A DNA stretch of 64,000 nt from Candidatus Shapirobacteria bacterium. GTDB taxonomy: Bacteria; Patescibacteriota; Microgenomatia; UBA12405. Positions 40,557 to 50,995 of this stretch are shown here, piece after piece. Every line of letters begins with the position of its first letter. The first letter of the stretch is position 1. The notes under the pieces were generated by a model. It was not told the origin of the DNA and did no database searches. It saw nothing but the letters and a program-made list of their open reading frames with translations. The DNA lies in assembly GCA_028704885.1 (NCBI GenBank), contig JAQWEN010000001.1, positions 2,838 to 66,837 on the forward strand, given 5' to 3'. The translations under genes and the position numbers were made by a program.

Positions 40557-41864
40557 TTATCTAATTATTTTGACTATTTTTATAAAAATTCCTATCATTG
40601 TTAATGAAAGTAGTTTTGAGATTAAATTACCCTGCCATTCCAAAATGTTTTTTAGAAAATTAAAAAATTCTGGTTGCCACCAAGCATAGTATAGGTTTAG
40701 TCCAAAAATCAAACTTAAAGCTAACCAATATTTAAAAATTTTTTTATATTTTACTGAAAGTATTAAACCTAAAATTATTGCAGCAAAAAGATATCTTTCG
40801 TGCATTGTAGTCATAAATAACCATCCTGAAAATCCAACGATAAACATAGCTTTCATTGAACTCCAAAAATCACGTTTTTGACTGATATAAAAAGAATAAA
40901 TATAAAAAATTCCAAAAATTAAATAACCCCATATTTTGTAACTTAATCCTAAGAATATATTTCGTGAATCAGTGAGAAAACCGGTAGTTAAATGCCAAAA
41001 ATTAAATGCATTTACCCATGTTGCCCAATCTCCTTTGGCAAATATTTGTTTTTGTAAGTTTAGATTAAAAACAATAAAATTATTAGGGCTGATTAGTTTA
41101 ACTAAAATAAAATACATTAAAATGGCAACGATAGAACCTAAAAATATTTTTATAAAATTTTTTTTATCTCCTATTGCCAACCATATAAAAAGAGGTGCAA
41201 AAATTAATCCAGTTACCTTTAAACCAATACTAATAATAAACATTAGTGGAGCAAAAAAATTCCATTTTTTATTCATTAAACATAAAAACGTCAAGAATAA
41301 AAAAATAAAAGCTAATTGATCATGTTGAGCCCAAATAGCACTTTCATACCAAGAAAACGGCATTATTAAATAGGTTAATAAAAAAAATGTGGCTTTTTTA
41401 GTATTCGATTTTTTTTTGACAAAAAAATAAATTAAAGCAGCTAGACCTAAGTCAGCTATGATAGATATCAGCTTTAGAGAAATTAACTGACCATATAGAT
41501 AAGGTGTGGTCGAGTAAAATTTCTGGGTAAACCAAGTAATAAATTTATAAAACCAAGGAATGTGTGATGCTCCAAGACGATTTAAAGCAATGAAATTTCC
41601 AAAGGTCACCATTATAGTATTAAGCCACTCGTGAATTTTGAAACTAAATCCGTATAAAAAACTAATTAGAGGTGGCTGATTTGGCCAACCATAAATCCAA
41701 TTATTGTTTTCGTAAAAACCATACATACTTTTATTTTCATAAATCCAATGTCCCCATCCAGACTGAATAACAATATCATCATGTATGGCCGTATTTATTA
41801 TTGATAAACGAAAAATAAAAGCCAAAATAATTATTAAAACTGGGAGCAATCCTTTCCATTTCAT
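40557..41864 (-). CDS. GT-C membrane glycosyltransferase (mannosyltransferase-like)
   Basis: NQPP, SAIWAQHD, NAFNFW, MHERYLF; many TM helices; ATG 41864 lies 6 nt after TATAAT. Confidence 0.7.
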   Translation of the reverse strand: MKWKGLLPVLIIILAFIFRLSIINTAIHDDIVIQSGWGHWIYENKSMYGFYENNNWIYGWPNQPPLISFLYGFSFKIHEWLNTIMVTFGNFIALNRLGASHIPWFYKFITWFTQKFYSTTPYLYGQLISLKLISIIADLGLAALIYFFVKKKSNTKKATFFLLTYLIMPFSWYESAIWAQHDQLAFIFLFLTFLCLMNKKWNFFAPLMFIISIGLKVTGLIFAPLFIWLAIGDKKNFIKIFLGSIVAILMYFILVKLISPNNFIVFNLNLQKQIFAKGDWATWVNAFNFWHLTTGFLTDSRNIFLGLSYKIWGYLIFGIFYIYSFYISQKRDFWSSMKAMFIVGFSGWLFMTTMHERYLFAAIILGLILSVKYKKIFKYWLALSLIFGLNLYYAWWQPEFFNFLKNILEWQGNLISKLLSLTMIGIFIKIVKIIR

Positions 41865-41987
41865 AAATGAATTATACATATAAACTTTGGCTGTTTATCT
41901 AAAAAATATCTATTTTTAGTAAAATATGCCAAATTTTGTGGGGTTAGTAGCTACAAAGTAAGATTTCGTGGAAATTTAAGTATTAAG

Positions 41988-42072
41988 CGGAAGGAGTGGG
42001 AGTCGAACCCACATGCCATTTTATTGACGCAGGTTTAGCAAACCTGTGGCTTACCATTCGCCGCATCCTTCC
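41988..42072 (-). tRNA. tRNA-Ser(GCT)
   Basis: GGAAGGA/TCCTTCC acceptor stem, CAGGT-TTGCTAA-ACCTG, long variable arm, G73. Confidence 0.92.
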
Positions 42073-42127
42073 TGATTTGGTGCTTTAGTATATCAAATTT
42101 TTGACAAATGCTTTATCATTATCTTAT

Positions 42128-42655
42128 ATGGCAGAAGAAGTTGATACTATCATAAAAAATACTAACGAAGAAAAAGTTTTGTTTGAATGGGAAGCTCCAG
42201 AGAGATCGTTTAAAAAAAGAGATAAAGATTTTTGGATTACAGCGATTGCAATTTTAGTCTTATTTTCGGTGGTTTTGATATTTATAAAAGAATTTTTCTT
42301 AGTCGTAGCTTTGGTATCAGTATTGTTTTTGTATTATGTGTTGTCGACAGTCCCCCCACGAATGGTTAAAAATAAGATAACTAATCGAGGAATTAAACTT
42401 CAGGAAGCTAATTATGATTGGCGAATATTGTTAAGATTTTGGTTTAAAAAAAGTTTAAACAGCGAACTTTTGGAATTTGAAACTAATTTAAGGATTCCCA
42501 GACAGATTTCAATAGTTATAAATGAAGCTGATAAGGAAAAAATTAAAGAAATTGTTTTGAAAAAATTACCCTTGGTGGAATCTTCACCTAATTTTGTAGA
42601 TAAGCTGACAAAATGGTTTGCCGACAGATTGCCTTTGGAAAAACGGGAAAAATAG
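42128..42655 (+). CDS. Conserved hypothetical 2-TM protein
   Basis: LFEWEAPER, two TM helices, basic C-terminal domain. Confidence 0.65.
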   Translation: MAEEVDTIIKNTNEEKVLFEWEAPERSFKKRDKDFWITAIAILVLFSVVLIFIKEFFLVVALVSVLFLYYVLSTVPPRMVKNKITNRGIKLQEANYDWRILLRFWFKKSLNSELLEFETNLRIPRQISIVINEADKEKIKEIVLKKLPLVESSPNFVDKLTKWFADRLPLEKREK

Positions 42656-42687
42656 TCTTTTTTTGGTATAATCACCTGTAATTATTT

Positions 42688-42759
42688 GCGCTCATAGTTT
42701 AATGGATAGAATAGCGGTTTGCGGAACCGTTGATCTGGGTTCGATTCCCAGTAGGCGCA
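42688..42759 (+). tRNA. tRNA-Arg(GCG)
   Basis: GCGGT-TTGCGGA-ACCGT anticodon arm; D-loop GGATA (A20); T-arm CTGGG-TTCGATT-CCCAG; one C-A mismatch in the acceptor stem. Confidence 0.9.
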
Positions 42760-42770
42760 CAAAAGATAAT

Positions 42771-42854
42771 GGAGGGTTGGCCGAGTGGTTTATGGCGCAC
42801 GCTTCGAAAGCGTGTGGGCGAAAGTCCGCATGGGTTCAAATCCTATACCCTCCG
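42771..42854 (+). tRNA. tRNA-Ser(CGA)
   Basis: GGAGGGT/ACCCTCC acceptor stem, CACGC-TTCGAAA-GCGTG, long variable arm, G73. Confidence 0.92.
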
Positions 42855-42861
42855 CTTAGAA

Positions 42862-43530
42862 ATGAAAACGAAAAATTATATCAGCTGGATAATTTTGATT
42901 TTGGAAATAACGGTAATTGTGATTCTAATAAGAAACTTAGATAAGATTAGAGGATTAATTAGTCCAAAAGTCGACGTGATAACCGAAGAGATAAAAATTT
43001 TACCAACAATAACACCACTACCGACGGTAATCCCCACTTTAACTAAAAAAATATATAAACCGACTCCAACACCAGATAATGAGCCTTGGGGAGTGTCTAA
43101 ACAAATAGACGAAGTTACTTGGACAATGAAAATCGGCGAGGATGAAAAAATGGCAACAGCCAAAGAAATATATGGGGCTTTAAATGAATATCGAAAGGTT
43201 CAAGGTTCACAAGTGTTAAATTGGAATGAAAAATTAGGAAACTATGCCCAAGAAAGAGCAAGATTTTTGAATGGAATTAAATCGGTCGATAAACATCAAG
43301 GATTTAATAATTTTATGGAAAATGAAGATGGATTTAATAAACTGGGATTTACGGCTTTGGGAGAAAATATTAGTTATGGTTATAGACTGAATGGGGTTCA
43401 CACTATTGAGTGGATGTATGCCGGCGACAAACCTCATAATGATAATCAATTAGACAATCGATGGAATTATGTGGGAATTGGGGTGGATGGACTGGCGACT
43501 TGTCTAATTTTTGGGACGGGAAAGTTTTAA
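42862..43530 (+). CDS. CAP (SCP) domain membrane-anchored protein
   Basis: TM plus PT-rich linker; LNEYR, GENI, H..NQL...W..VGIG. Confidence 0.8.
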   Translation: MKTKNYISWIILILEITVIVILIRNLDKIRGLISPKVDVITEEIKILPTITPLPTVIPTLTKKIYKPTPTPDNEPWGVSKQIDEVTWTMKIGEDEKMATAKEIYGALNEYRKVQGSQVLNWNEKLGNYAQERARFLNGIKSVDKHQGFNNFMENEDGFNKLGFTALGENISYGYRLNGVHTIEWMYAGDKPHNDNQLDNRWNYVGIGVDGLATCLIFGTGKF

Positions 43531-45294
43531 TTAACTGTTTCTTTTACTTTTAGTAATTAAATCCAAAGACTTTTCAAAAGATTCGGTGGTTTCAATGGAG
43601 CCATTGTTTACAAAATAAATTTCATCGGCTTTTTTAATTGTGTTGAGCCGGTGAGCAATAATGACTTTGGTGGTTTTGAGTGGAAGTTTGTCAATAATTT
43701 TTTGGAGAAGACCTTCAGTAATGGTGTCAATATTAGCGGTGGCTTCATCCATAATTAAAATGTCGGGTTCCCTGATGATAGCGCGAATAAAAGAAATTAA
43801 TTGTTTTTGACCCAAGCTGATGGTTTCAGTGGTGGGAGTAATGGGAGTATCTAAGCCTTGATCAAATTTATTAACCAAAACTTCTAATTTTAAATCTTTT
43901 AAGATTTTGACTAATTTAGTTTTGGAATAAACTGGAAAATTAGGATTACCGTAGGTAATATTTTCACCAACAGTACCGGTAAATAAATATTGTTCTTGGA
44001 GAATAAAACCGATTTTTTTAGATAAATCTTCTGATTCAAAAGTTTTAATATTTTGACCTTCAAGGAAGACCTCACCTTCTTGAGGATCATAGAGACGAGT
44101 CATAAGAGAAGCTAGAGTACTTTTGCCGCCGCCAGTGGGGCCGACAATGGCGTAGGTTTTACCATAACAAAAATTAAAATTAACATTTTTTAGAATCCAA
44201 TCGCTGTCTTCATATTTAAAACTGACATTTTCAAAATGCATTATGGAATCGGTTTCTTTGATAGCGGTTTTGGGTAAAATGGGCATGTCGGAAGACAAAT
44301 TTAAAATTTCAAAAATTCGATTCCAACCAGCCAGGGCAATTTGGGCGGAAGATAAAATGGAGGCCATCTGACGAAGAGGACCATAAAAACGATCAGTATA
44401 ACTTAGAAAACTAATTAAAATACCAACAGTAAATTGACCTTGGGTGATGAGAAAAATGCCGTAAACTAAAACTAATAAAGTGGCCATATTACCAGCGAAA
44501 TCGTAAAAAGGACCGGAAATATTATTGGCAATGCCGGAATTGACTGAATATTTAAAATTATCAGAATTGACGTGATTGAAATTATCACGGAAATAATCAC
44601 GGCGATCAAAAGCCACCATAACTTTAAAATTGTTTAAACTTTCTTGAATTTCAGCAGAAAGATTTCCCAAAGATTGAAGACTTAAACGATTTCTTTTGCC
44701 AATCCAGGGAGTAATAAAGTAAGTGATTATAAATAAAATAAAGGCGGAAACTAGGGTAATTAAAGCCAATTTCCAATTGATAAAAAAGATAAAAATACCA
44801 ATTCCAAGCATGGTAAAAAAGTTACCAGCAAATTGATTTAGTTGTTGAGAAAAGAATTGATTTAATTTATCAGTGTCGTTGTTAATACGAGAAATTAAAT
44901 CCCCTAATTTGTTTTGATTGAAAAAAGCTAATGGTAAAGATTGAATTTTTAGAAAAAGAGCTTGACGAAGTTTAAAAAGAATATTTTGACCAATATGACC
45001 CATGGTTCTGGTTTGAATAAAATTAGTAACAAAACCAATGGCATAGATAGCTAAAATTATCAAAGAATAATTGGTCAAAACAACTAAATCTTTGTTTTGA
45101 ATAAATTTATCGATGGCAATACCTAAAAGAAAGGGAGTGGCAATGCCGACAGCAGAATTGACAATAATAGAAATAAAAGAAAGAACTAATTTTAATCTTT
45201 CCCCTTTTAAAAAAATAAGAAATTGTTTTCCCAAACTAAAAAAACTTAGTTTTTCTTTATTTTTGTCGTCGTAAATTTTTAGTGAATAGTTCAT
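43531..45294 (-). CDS. ABC exporter, TMD-NBD (consensus-site subunit of a heterodimer)
   Basis: 6 TM; GPTGGGKS, MDEATANID, IAHR. Confidence 0.92.
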   Translation of the reverse strand: MNYSLKIYDDKNKEKLSFFSLGKQFLIFLKGERLKLVLSFISIIVNSAVGIATPFLLGIAIDKFIQNKDLVVLTNYSLIILAIYAIGFVTNFIQTRTMGHIGQNILFKLRQALFLKIQSLPLAFFNQNKLGDLISRINNDTDKLNQFFSQQLNQFAGNFFTMLGIGIFIFFINWKLALITLVSAFILFIITYFITPWIGKRNRLSLQSLGNLSAEIQESLNNFKVMVAFDRRDYFRDNFNHVNSDNFKYSVNSGIANNISGPFYDFAGNMATLLVLVYGIFLITQGQFTVGILISFLSYTDRFYGPLRQMASILSSAQIALAGWNRIFEILNLSSDMPILPKTAIKETDSIMHFENVSFKYEDSDWILKNVNFNFCYGKTYAIVGPTGGGKSTLASLMTRLYDPQEGEVFLEGQNIKTFESEDLSKKIGFILQEQYLFTGTVGENITYGNPNFPVYSKTKLVKILKDLKLEVLVNKFDQGLDTPITPTTETISLGQKQLISFIRAIIREPDILIMDEATANIDTITEGLLQKIIDKLPLKTTKVIIAHRLNTIKKADEIYFVNNGSIETTESFEKSLDLITKSKRNS

Positions 45295-47012
45295 GTGGTA
45301 GACATTTGAGAATTATAAATTTGTTGGTATTCTTTGGATGACTTTAAGAGTTCTTGATGAGTACCAGTGGCCAAAACTTCGCCTTCCATAAATAATATTA
45401 TTTGATCAAAATTGACGACTGAAGAAATTTGCTGAGTGATTAAAATTTGGGTTAAATTGGAATAATTTTTGGCAACATTGGCAAATATTTTATTTTCAGT
45501 ATCTTTATCAACACGAGCAGTGAAATCATCTAGTAATAAAATTTTGGGATTTAAAGCAAGAGCTCTGGCCAAAGTTATACGTTGTTTTTGACCGCCGGAA
45601 AGATTGTTTCCCCTTTCGGCAATTTTAGTGTTTAAACCATTTGGTAAAGTTTTGATAAAATCGCCTAATTCAGCTGTATTAATGGCTTTATCAATATTTG
45701 ACTGATCTAAAACATTTTTGAAATTAATATTTTCCATGATAGTGGTATTAAAAATAGAACTGTCTTGAAAAACTAAACCAATTTGATCAGAAAGAGATTT
45801 TTGAGAAAAATCAGCAAGAGGAATATTATCAATTAAAATTTGGCCGGAAGTGGGAGGTAAAAGGCCGGACAATAAATAAAGAATTTGAGTTTTACCGGCA
45901 GCAGTGGGACCAAGAAGAGCCGTTTTGGAATGGGCTTTAATTTCAAAAGAAATATTTTTTAAAATTTGTTTATTACCAATACTTAAATTAACTTTTTTGA
46001 AGCTAATACCACCTTTGATTTGATGGCTTTGATCACCGTAAAGTTGAGGTGTTTGAGTATTTAAAACTTGAGAAACTCGCTCAAAAGAAACACCAGCCCG
46101 GGCCAAAATATTACTAATAAAACCTAAAATTAGGATCGGGAAAATAAGTAAAGAAAGATAACTTAAAAAAGCTTGAAGGCTACCAACAGAAAAAGTGCCA
46201 GCGACAATAGACTTACCGCCAATAAGAAGAATGGCAACCGTAGTAATATTGGTAATAATCCCAATTAAGGGAATTAAGGCCGAAAAAAGTTTAAGAATTG
46301 ATAAACCATTGCTTTTGGCTTCACCACTGACGGTTTCAAATTTTTTAAGTTCGAAACTTTGAGAATTGACAATTCTAATTAAGGAAGAAGCAACAATGCT
46401 TTCATTAATGGTTTTATTAAGTTTGTCGATAATGACTTGTGAGCGAATAAAATATTTGTGAATTTTTTTGAAAGTTAGAAAGAAAATGGTGGCAATTAAA
46501 GGAACAACAACTAAAACCATTAAGGCTAATTTGACGTTAATTGACAAAAGAAGAGCAGTTGACCCGATTAGAAGTATGGCTGAGGAAAATATTTGAACTA
46601 GACCCTGGGATATAGCCATTTTAATATTGTCGATATCGGCGGTAAGATTGGTAAGAAGTTTTTCTGGGGTGACTTGAACAATAAAAGAAAATGGCTGTTG
46701 AGAAATTTTAGTAATAAGCCGAGTTCGCAAGTCACGACCAATTTTTTCGGAAAGATAGGTTTGCAAAATGCTTTGAATGGCGGAAAATATTAAGGCTAAA
46801 ACAGCCAAAGCAAGAAAAAGCAATAAATAACTAGTTAAATTAAAGTTTGGTTGGCGAAAAGTATCAATTACGGTGGCAATTATTTTGGGAACAATTAAGC
46901 TAATGCCATTACTAAATAAACTAACAATTAAAATACAAATAATAAACCAAAAATAAGGTTTAGCAAGAGAAAATAATTTTGAATTATTATTTGTTGATTT
47001 TTTTGATGACAT
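45291..47012 (-). CDS. ABC exporter, TMD-NBD (degenerate-site subunit of a heterodimer)
   Basis: GPTAAGKT, LSGGQKQR, LLLDD (no catalytic E), ITQ (no His switch). Confidence 0.92.
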   Translation of the reverse strand: MSSKKSTNNNSKLFSLAKPYFWFIICILIVSLFSNGISLIVPKIIATVIDTFRQPNFNLTSYLLLFLALAVLALIFSAIQSILQTYLSEKIGRDLRTRLITKISQQPFSFIVQVTPEKLLTNLTADIDNIKMAISQGLVQIFSSAILLIGSTALLLSINVKLALMVLVVVPLIATIFFLTFKKIHKYFIRSQVIIDKLNKTINESIVASSLIRIVNSQSFELKKFETVSGEAKSNGLSILKLFSALIPLIGIITNITTVAILLIGGKSIVAGTFSVGSLQAFLSYLSLLIFPILILGFISNILARAGVSFERVSQVLNTQTPQLYGDQSHQIKGGISFKKVNLSIGNKQILKNISFEIKAHSKTALLGPTAAGKTQILYLLSGLLPPTSGQILIDNIPLADFSQKSLSDQIGLVFQDSSIFNTTIMENINFKNVLDQSNIDKAINTAELGDFIKTLPNGLNTKIAERGNNLSGGQKQRITLARALALNPKILLLDDFTARVDKDTENKIFANVAKNYSNLTQILITQQISSVVNFDQIILFMEGEVLATGTHQELLKSSKEYQQIYNSQMSTT

Positions 47013-47123
47013 AAAATACCTTTCAGTTCGAAGCGAGCTTATCAATTATAAATCAAAATATGTCTATTTCTTTTTTAAAATCGAAAGGTAACAAAGAAGA
47101 TATTAGAGAGGGTAAAAATAAAT

Positions 47124-47588
47124 TTAATTTTTGGCAGCGGGAGTGCCAGTGGTAACTGGAGGGGCCATATTACCAATACTAGGATTAATTTCAATAGTTT
47201 TACTGGTAACAGAACCATCAGTATTAGTACTACCCATAACGGCAATTTTGGCACCAACTTTAAGATCGGTTTTAGCGGCAGTAGTTGATTGATTAACAGT
47301 GGTAGAATCGGAGATTAAAATAATTTTAGAGCCACCATCTGAAGTTTTGACAGTGAGAGAACTATCATCAATACTAATAATTTCACCAACGGTTTGATTG
47401 AAAGCATTTTCACCTTTACCAATGCCAGTACCACGACCAGTACCTTGTCCAGGAGCAGCATTATTATTTATACGTTGACTAAATTGAGAAGTAATTTTTT
47501 TCTGTTGAAATTTAACACCGCCGAAAAAGGCAGCGCCAGCAGCAACAACTAAGAGGACTAGAGTAGCAATTATTTGATTAATTTTCAT
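47124..47588 (-). CDS. DUF5666-like membrane-anchored protein
   Basis: TM (AFFGG), Gly-rich linker, GEIISID...DLKVG...G..N.DGSV. Confidence 0.65.
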   Translation of the reverse strand: MKINQIIATLVLLVVAAGAAFFGGVKFQQKKITSQFSQRINNNAAPGQGTGRGTGIGKGENAFNQTVGEIISIDDSSLTVKTSDGGSKIILISDSTTVNQSTTAAKTDLKVGAKIAVMGSTNTDGSVTSKTIEINPSIGNMAPPVTTGTPAAKN

Positions 47589-47615
47589 ATTTTAAATAAA
47601 TTTATAATTATTAAA

Positions 47616-48839
47616 TTATTCATAACGAAGAGCTTCAATTGGTTGAAGACTGGCGGCGCGTTTGGCGGGATACCAACCAAAAATAATACCGATAACAACA
47701 GAAACAACAAAAGCCAATAAAACGGAAGTCGGAGAGATGGTAAAAACTGAAGAATTAATTCGAGAATAACCATAGGAAATGGCAATTCCAAGAATAATTC
47801 CTAAAATTCCACCAGTGAAAGTAAGAATAACTGATTCAAATAAAAATTGGGTAATAATAGTTTTCTTTTTAGCACCAAGAGCTTTTCTGAGACCGATTTC
47901 TCGAGTTCTTTCAGTAACAGTAACTAACATAATATTCATAATACCGATACCACCAACAATAAGAGAAATAGCAGCAACGCCGGAAAGAAGTGAGGTAAAA
48001 GTACCAGTAACACTAGAGGCAGTGGATAAAATATCTTCTTGGGATCTGATAGTAAAATCAGCCTTGGTAGTGTCGGTAAGTTTGTGGCGGGCTAAAAGAA
48101 GATAGCCAATTTGATTTTGAGCTTGAATCATAACATCACTGCTGGCGGCTTGAACGGCAATTGAAGAAAGATAGTTAACTCCAAATAATTGTTTCATGGC
48201 GGTGGAGAGAGGAACATAAATGGCATCATCTGAATTGGTCATACCGGAAGAACCCTTGGCAACAGTGACACCAATGACAGTAAAATTTTGACCATTAATA
48301 CGGATAGTTTCACCTATTGGATTATAGCTGGAGCTACCAAAAAGATCTTCAACTACAGTCGGACCTAAAACAGCAACATGGCTGTTGGAATTGTAATCAC
48401 TGTCGGTGATAAATCGACCGCCACTAATTTTAAGATTGTGAATTTCAGAATAAGTTGAGACGGCACCATAAATAGTGGTATTAGTATTAGCATCACTGGT
48501 AACAACTTGGAGACGACTGGAATATTCAGGAGAAACAGCTTTGACAGCAGATAGAGCGGCAATCTTAAGAGCATCGGCATCGGCCAAAGTTAAAGTTTTT
48601 CTAGCAGTGGCAGTTCGAACACGACCAGAACTTTGAGCGCCAGGAGAAACAGTAATTAGATTAGATCCAAGAGCAGTGATTTGAGAAGTAACAGCGGCCT
48701 GACTTGATTGACCAATGGAGACTAAGGCAATGACACTACCAATACCAATAATAATACCTAAAATAGCTAATCCAGTTCTCATTTTATTGAGACGAAGAGT
48801 ATTTATACTTTCTTTAAAAAATTCGAGAAACTCAATCAT
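47616..48839 (-). CDS. MacB/FtsX-family ABC permease
   Basis: LGIIIGI, IVGGIGIMNIMLVTVTERTREIGLRKALGA, P..ALRYE. Confidence 0.95.
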   Translation of the reverse strand: MIEFLEFFKESINTLRLNKMRTGLAILGIIIGIGSVIALVSIGQSSQAAVTSQITALGSNLITVSPGAQSSGRVRTATARKTLTLADADALKIAALSAVKAVSPEYSSRLQVVTSDANTNTTIYGAVSTYSEIHNLKISGGRFITDSDYNSNSHVAVLGPTVVEDLFGSSSYNPIGETIRINGQNFTVIGVTVAKGSSGMTNSDDAIYVPLSTAMKQLFGVNYLSSIAVQAASSDVMIQAQNQIGYLLLARHKLTDTTKADFTIRSQEDILSTASSVTGTFTSLLSGVAAISLIVGGIGIMNIMLVTVTERTREIGLRKALGAKKKTIITQFLFESVILTFTGGILGIILGIAISYGYSRINSSVFTISPTSVLLAFVVSVVIGIIFGWYPAKRAASLQPIEALRYE

Positions 48840-49569
48840 TTTTCAATACCTCCTTTTTAATAGAAGCAAATCGACGTTGATGATTGGTGCTATCTTTAAT
48901 AATTTTTCCATCCCTGATAAAGAGAATTCTTTTGGCGTGTTCAGCAATGTCAGGTTCGTGAGTAATCATAACAATGGTGTGACCTTCATCATTTAATTTT
49001 TCAAAAATAGCCATAACTTCTTCAGCTTGGGCAGAAGCAATATTACCGGTTGGTTCATCAGCAAGAATCAGGGCAGGGTTTAAAACGAGAGACCTGGCAA
49101 TAGCGACGCGTTGTTGCTGACCGCCAGAAATTTGATTGGAGGTGTGATGGAGACGATCACCTAAACCAACCAATTTAAGGTATTTTTCGGCAATTTTTTC
49201 TCTTTCATCTTTAGGAATGCCAGCATAAGTCATAGGCAACATAACGTTAGTCATGGTTGTGGTTCGAGGTAAAAGATTAAAAGCTTGAAAAATAAAACCA
49301 ATTTTTTTGTTTCTAATATCAGACAATTCGTCGTCTGATAATTTTTCAACATTTTTACCATCTAAAATATATTCACCACTGGTGGGTTTATCAAGAGCAC
49401 CAAGGATATGCATTAAAGTTGACTTACCGCTTCCAGATGGACCCATGATGGCAACAAATTCCCCTTCTTTAATTTCAAAAGAAACATTGTCAAGAGCCAC
49501 AGTTTCCAAAACATCAGTTTTGTAAATTTTGGACAGGTTTTTAGCAATAATAATAGCTTTTTTGGGCAT
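48832..49569 (-). CDS. ABC ATP-binding protein (MacB/LolD-type)
   Basis: GPSGSGKST, SGGQQQRVAIAR, LADEPTGN. Confidence 0.95.
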   Translation of the reverse strand: MPKKAIIIAKNLSKIYKTDVLETVALDNVSFEIKEGEFVAIMGPSGSGKSTLMHILGALDKPTSGEYILDGKNVEKLSDDELSDIRNKKIGFIFQAFNLLPRTTTMTNVMLPMTYAGIPKDEREKIAEKYLKLVGLGDRLHHTSNQISGGQQQRVAIARSLVLNPALILADEPTGNIASAQAEEVMAIFEKLNDEGHTIVMITHEPDIAEHAKRILFIRDGKIIKDSTNHQRRFASIKKEVLKND

Positions 49570-49578
49570 AATTTTGAT

Positions 49579-50952
49579 TTAAAAACCTCCCGGAGGGCCA
49601 CCCATATTAAAACTACCGCCACTTTTATTGGTAGTTGAACTACCGAAAGAAGAAGTAGTATTGTTGTTTGATTTAGATTGGGCACTAACTGAGGAAGAAA
49701 TAATAGTGTCGCCTTCATTTAAACCAGAAGTAACTTCAGTTTCACTGTCATTAGTTTCACCAATAGTGATGGTAACAGTGGAAGTAATATTGTCTTTAAT
49801 AGTTCTAACCGTAACGGTTCCGTCAGCGGCGGTGTCGATGGCGGTTGAAGGAATAAGTAAAATATCAGCCTTAGAGTTAATGATAATAGTGGCGGAAACA
49901 GCCATATTGGCATAAATTTCCTTATCAGTATCATCAAGGAGAACAACAACTGAATAGGAAGTGACACCGGAAGTGGTGGCGCCGGCAACGTCAACAGAAA
50001 GAACTTTCCCAGTAAAAGTGATACCGCTAAAGGCGTCCATGGTCATAGTAACTTTTTGACCAGCTTTTATTTTTACAATGTCAGATTCAGTTAAGCTGAG
50101 AGTAGCTTGATATTGACCTTTAGGATTAGTAATACTACCAACGGTATGAGAAGTAACAGTGGAAGAATTTTGACTACTGTTAGTACCAGTAGAAACGGTA
50201 ATGGAGTTAGAAGTATTAGAAATAATAACTCCAGTGGCTAAACTTAGATTGCTAATAATGCCAGAAATTGGAGCATAAATAGTAGAAGAAACTTTTTTAT
50301 AATTTTCATAAGCTTCTGAGGCCTGTTGTTGAGCTTTAGCAACAAAAGCAGTGGAATTATTATATTCAGTTTCATCAACAGTAAAAGTTTGTTTAGCTAG
50401 TTCTAAAGTTTTAGTAACAATGGCTTTTTCATTATAAGTGTATTCAGCTTTAGTTTTGGGATTCCAGGCACCAGCAACCATATTATTATATTCGGTTTGA
50501 GCATCGAGAATAGCTTGACGATCCTGCCACATTTTAAGATCAGCAGCGGTTCGATCAGCAATGGCAGCTTTTTGGTTTTGCTGCATAGTTAAATAATTGG
50601 CCCAAGCAGTGGTTTGATTATTAACACCGGCTTCATCAAGAGTCACTTCAGCAATTTTTTGATTCTTGGTAATAGTGTCACCGTTTTTGACATAAACTTT
50701 TTTAATAGTGCCAGTAGCACCGGTGGTGATGATAGTTTTATTAGAAGAAGTGATAGTACCAGTAGCAGAGATAGAGGTAATTAAAGTACCTTTAGCAACT
50801 TCGGTAGTTTTATAGGTTATTTTTTTACTAGAGGCAATGACTCGAGAATAAATAAACCAGGTAATACCTAGAACGACCAGAATAATTAAAATAATTCTAA
50901 GAAGTTTAGGTAATGATAAAAATTTATCTTTTATTTTTTTGATTAGCTTCAT
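49579..50952 (-). CDS. MacA/HlyD-type membrane fusion (adaptor) protein
   Basis: N-terminal TM, lipoyl half-motifs (VKNGD; APISG), coiled coil, SGLNEGD. Confidence 0.85.
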   Translation of the reverse strand: MKLIKKIKDKFLSLPKLLRIILIILVVLGITWFIYSRVIASSKKITYKTTEVAKGTLITSISATGTITSSNKTIITTGATGTIKKVYVKNGDTITKNQKIAEVTLDEAGVNNQTTAWANYLTMQQNQKAAIADRTAADLKMWQDRQAILDAQTEYNNMVAGAWNPKTKAEYTYNEKAIVTKTLELAKQTFTVDETEYNNSTAFVAKAQQQASEAYENYKKVSSTIYAPISGIISNLSLATGVIISNTSNSITVSTGTNSSQNSSTVTSHTVGSITNPKGQYQATLSLTESDIVKIKAGQKVTMTMDAFSGITFTGKVLSVDVAGATTSGVTSYSVVVLLDDTDKEIYANMAVSATIIINSKADILLIPSTAIDTAADGTVTVRTIKDNITSTVTITIGETNDSETEVTSGLNEGDTIISSSVSAQSKSNNNTTSSFGSSTTNKSGGSFNMGGPPGGF

Positions 50953-50976
50953 GATGATGAATAGTAATAATAAATT

Positions 50977-50993
50977 CTGAAAGAAAACTGAAA
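50977..50993 (-). promoter_or_regulatory. Putative OmpR-type direct-repeat binding site
   Basis: CTGAAA-N5-CTGAAA (+ strand), 10 nt upstream of a minus-strand TACTAT box. Confidence 0.6.
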
Positions 50994-50995
50994 AG

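Noticed and set aside
42702-42944. ORFs starting at 42702 and 42730
   Set aside because: They overlap tRNA-Arg and tRNA-Ser; the real CDS starts at 42862
43531-47012. Degenerate Walker B and His-switch in one ABC subunit as a sign of pseudogenisation
   Set aside because: This is the normal asymmetric pattern of heterodimeric exporters
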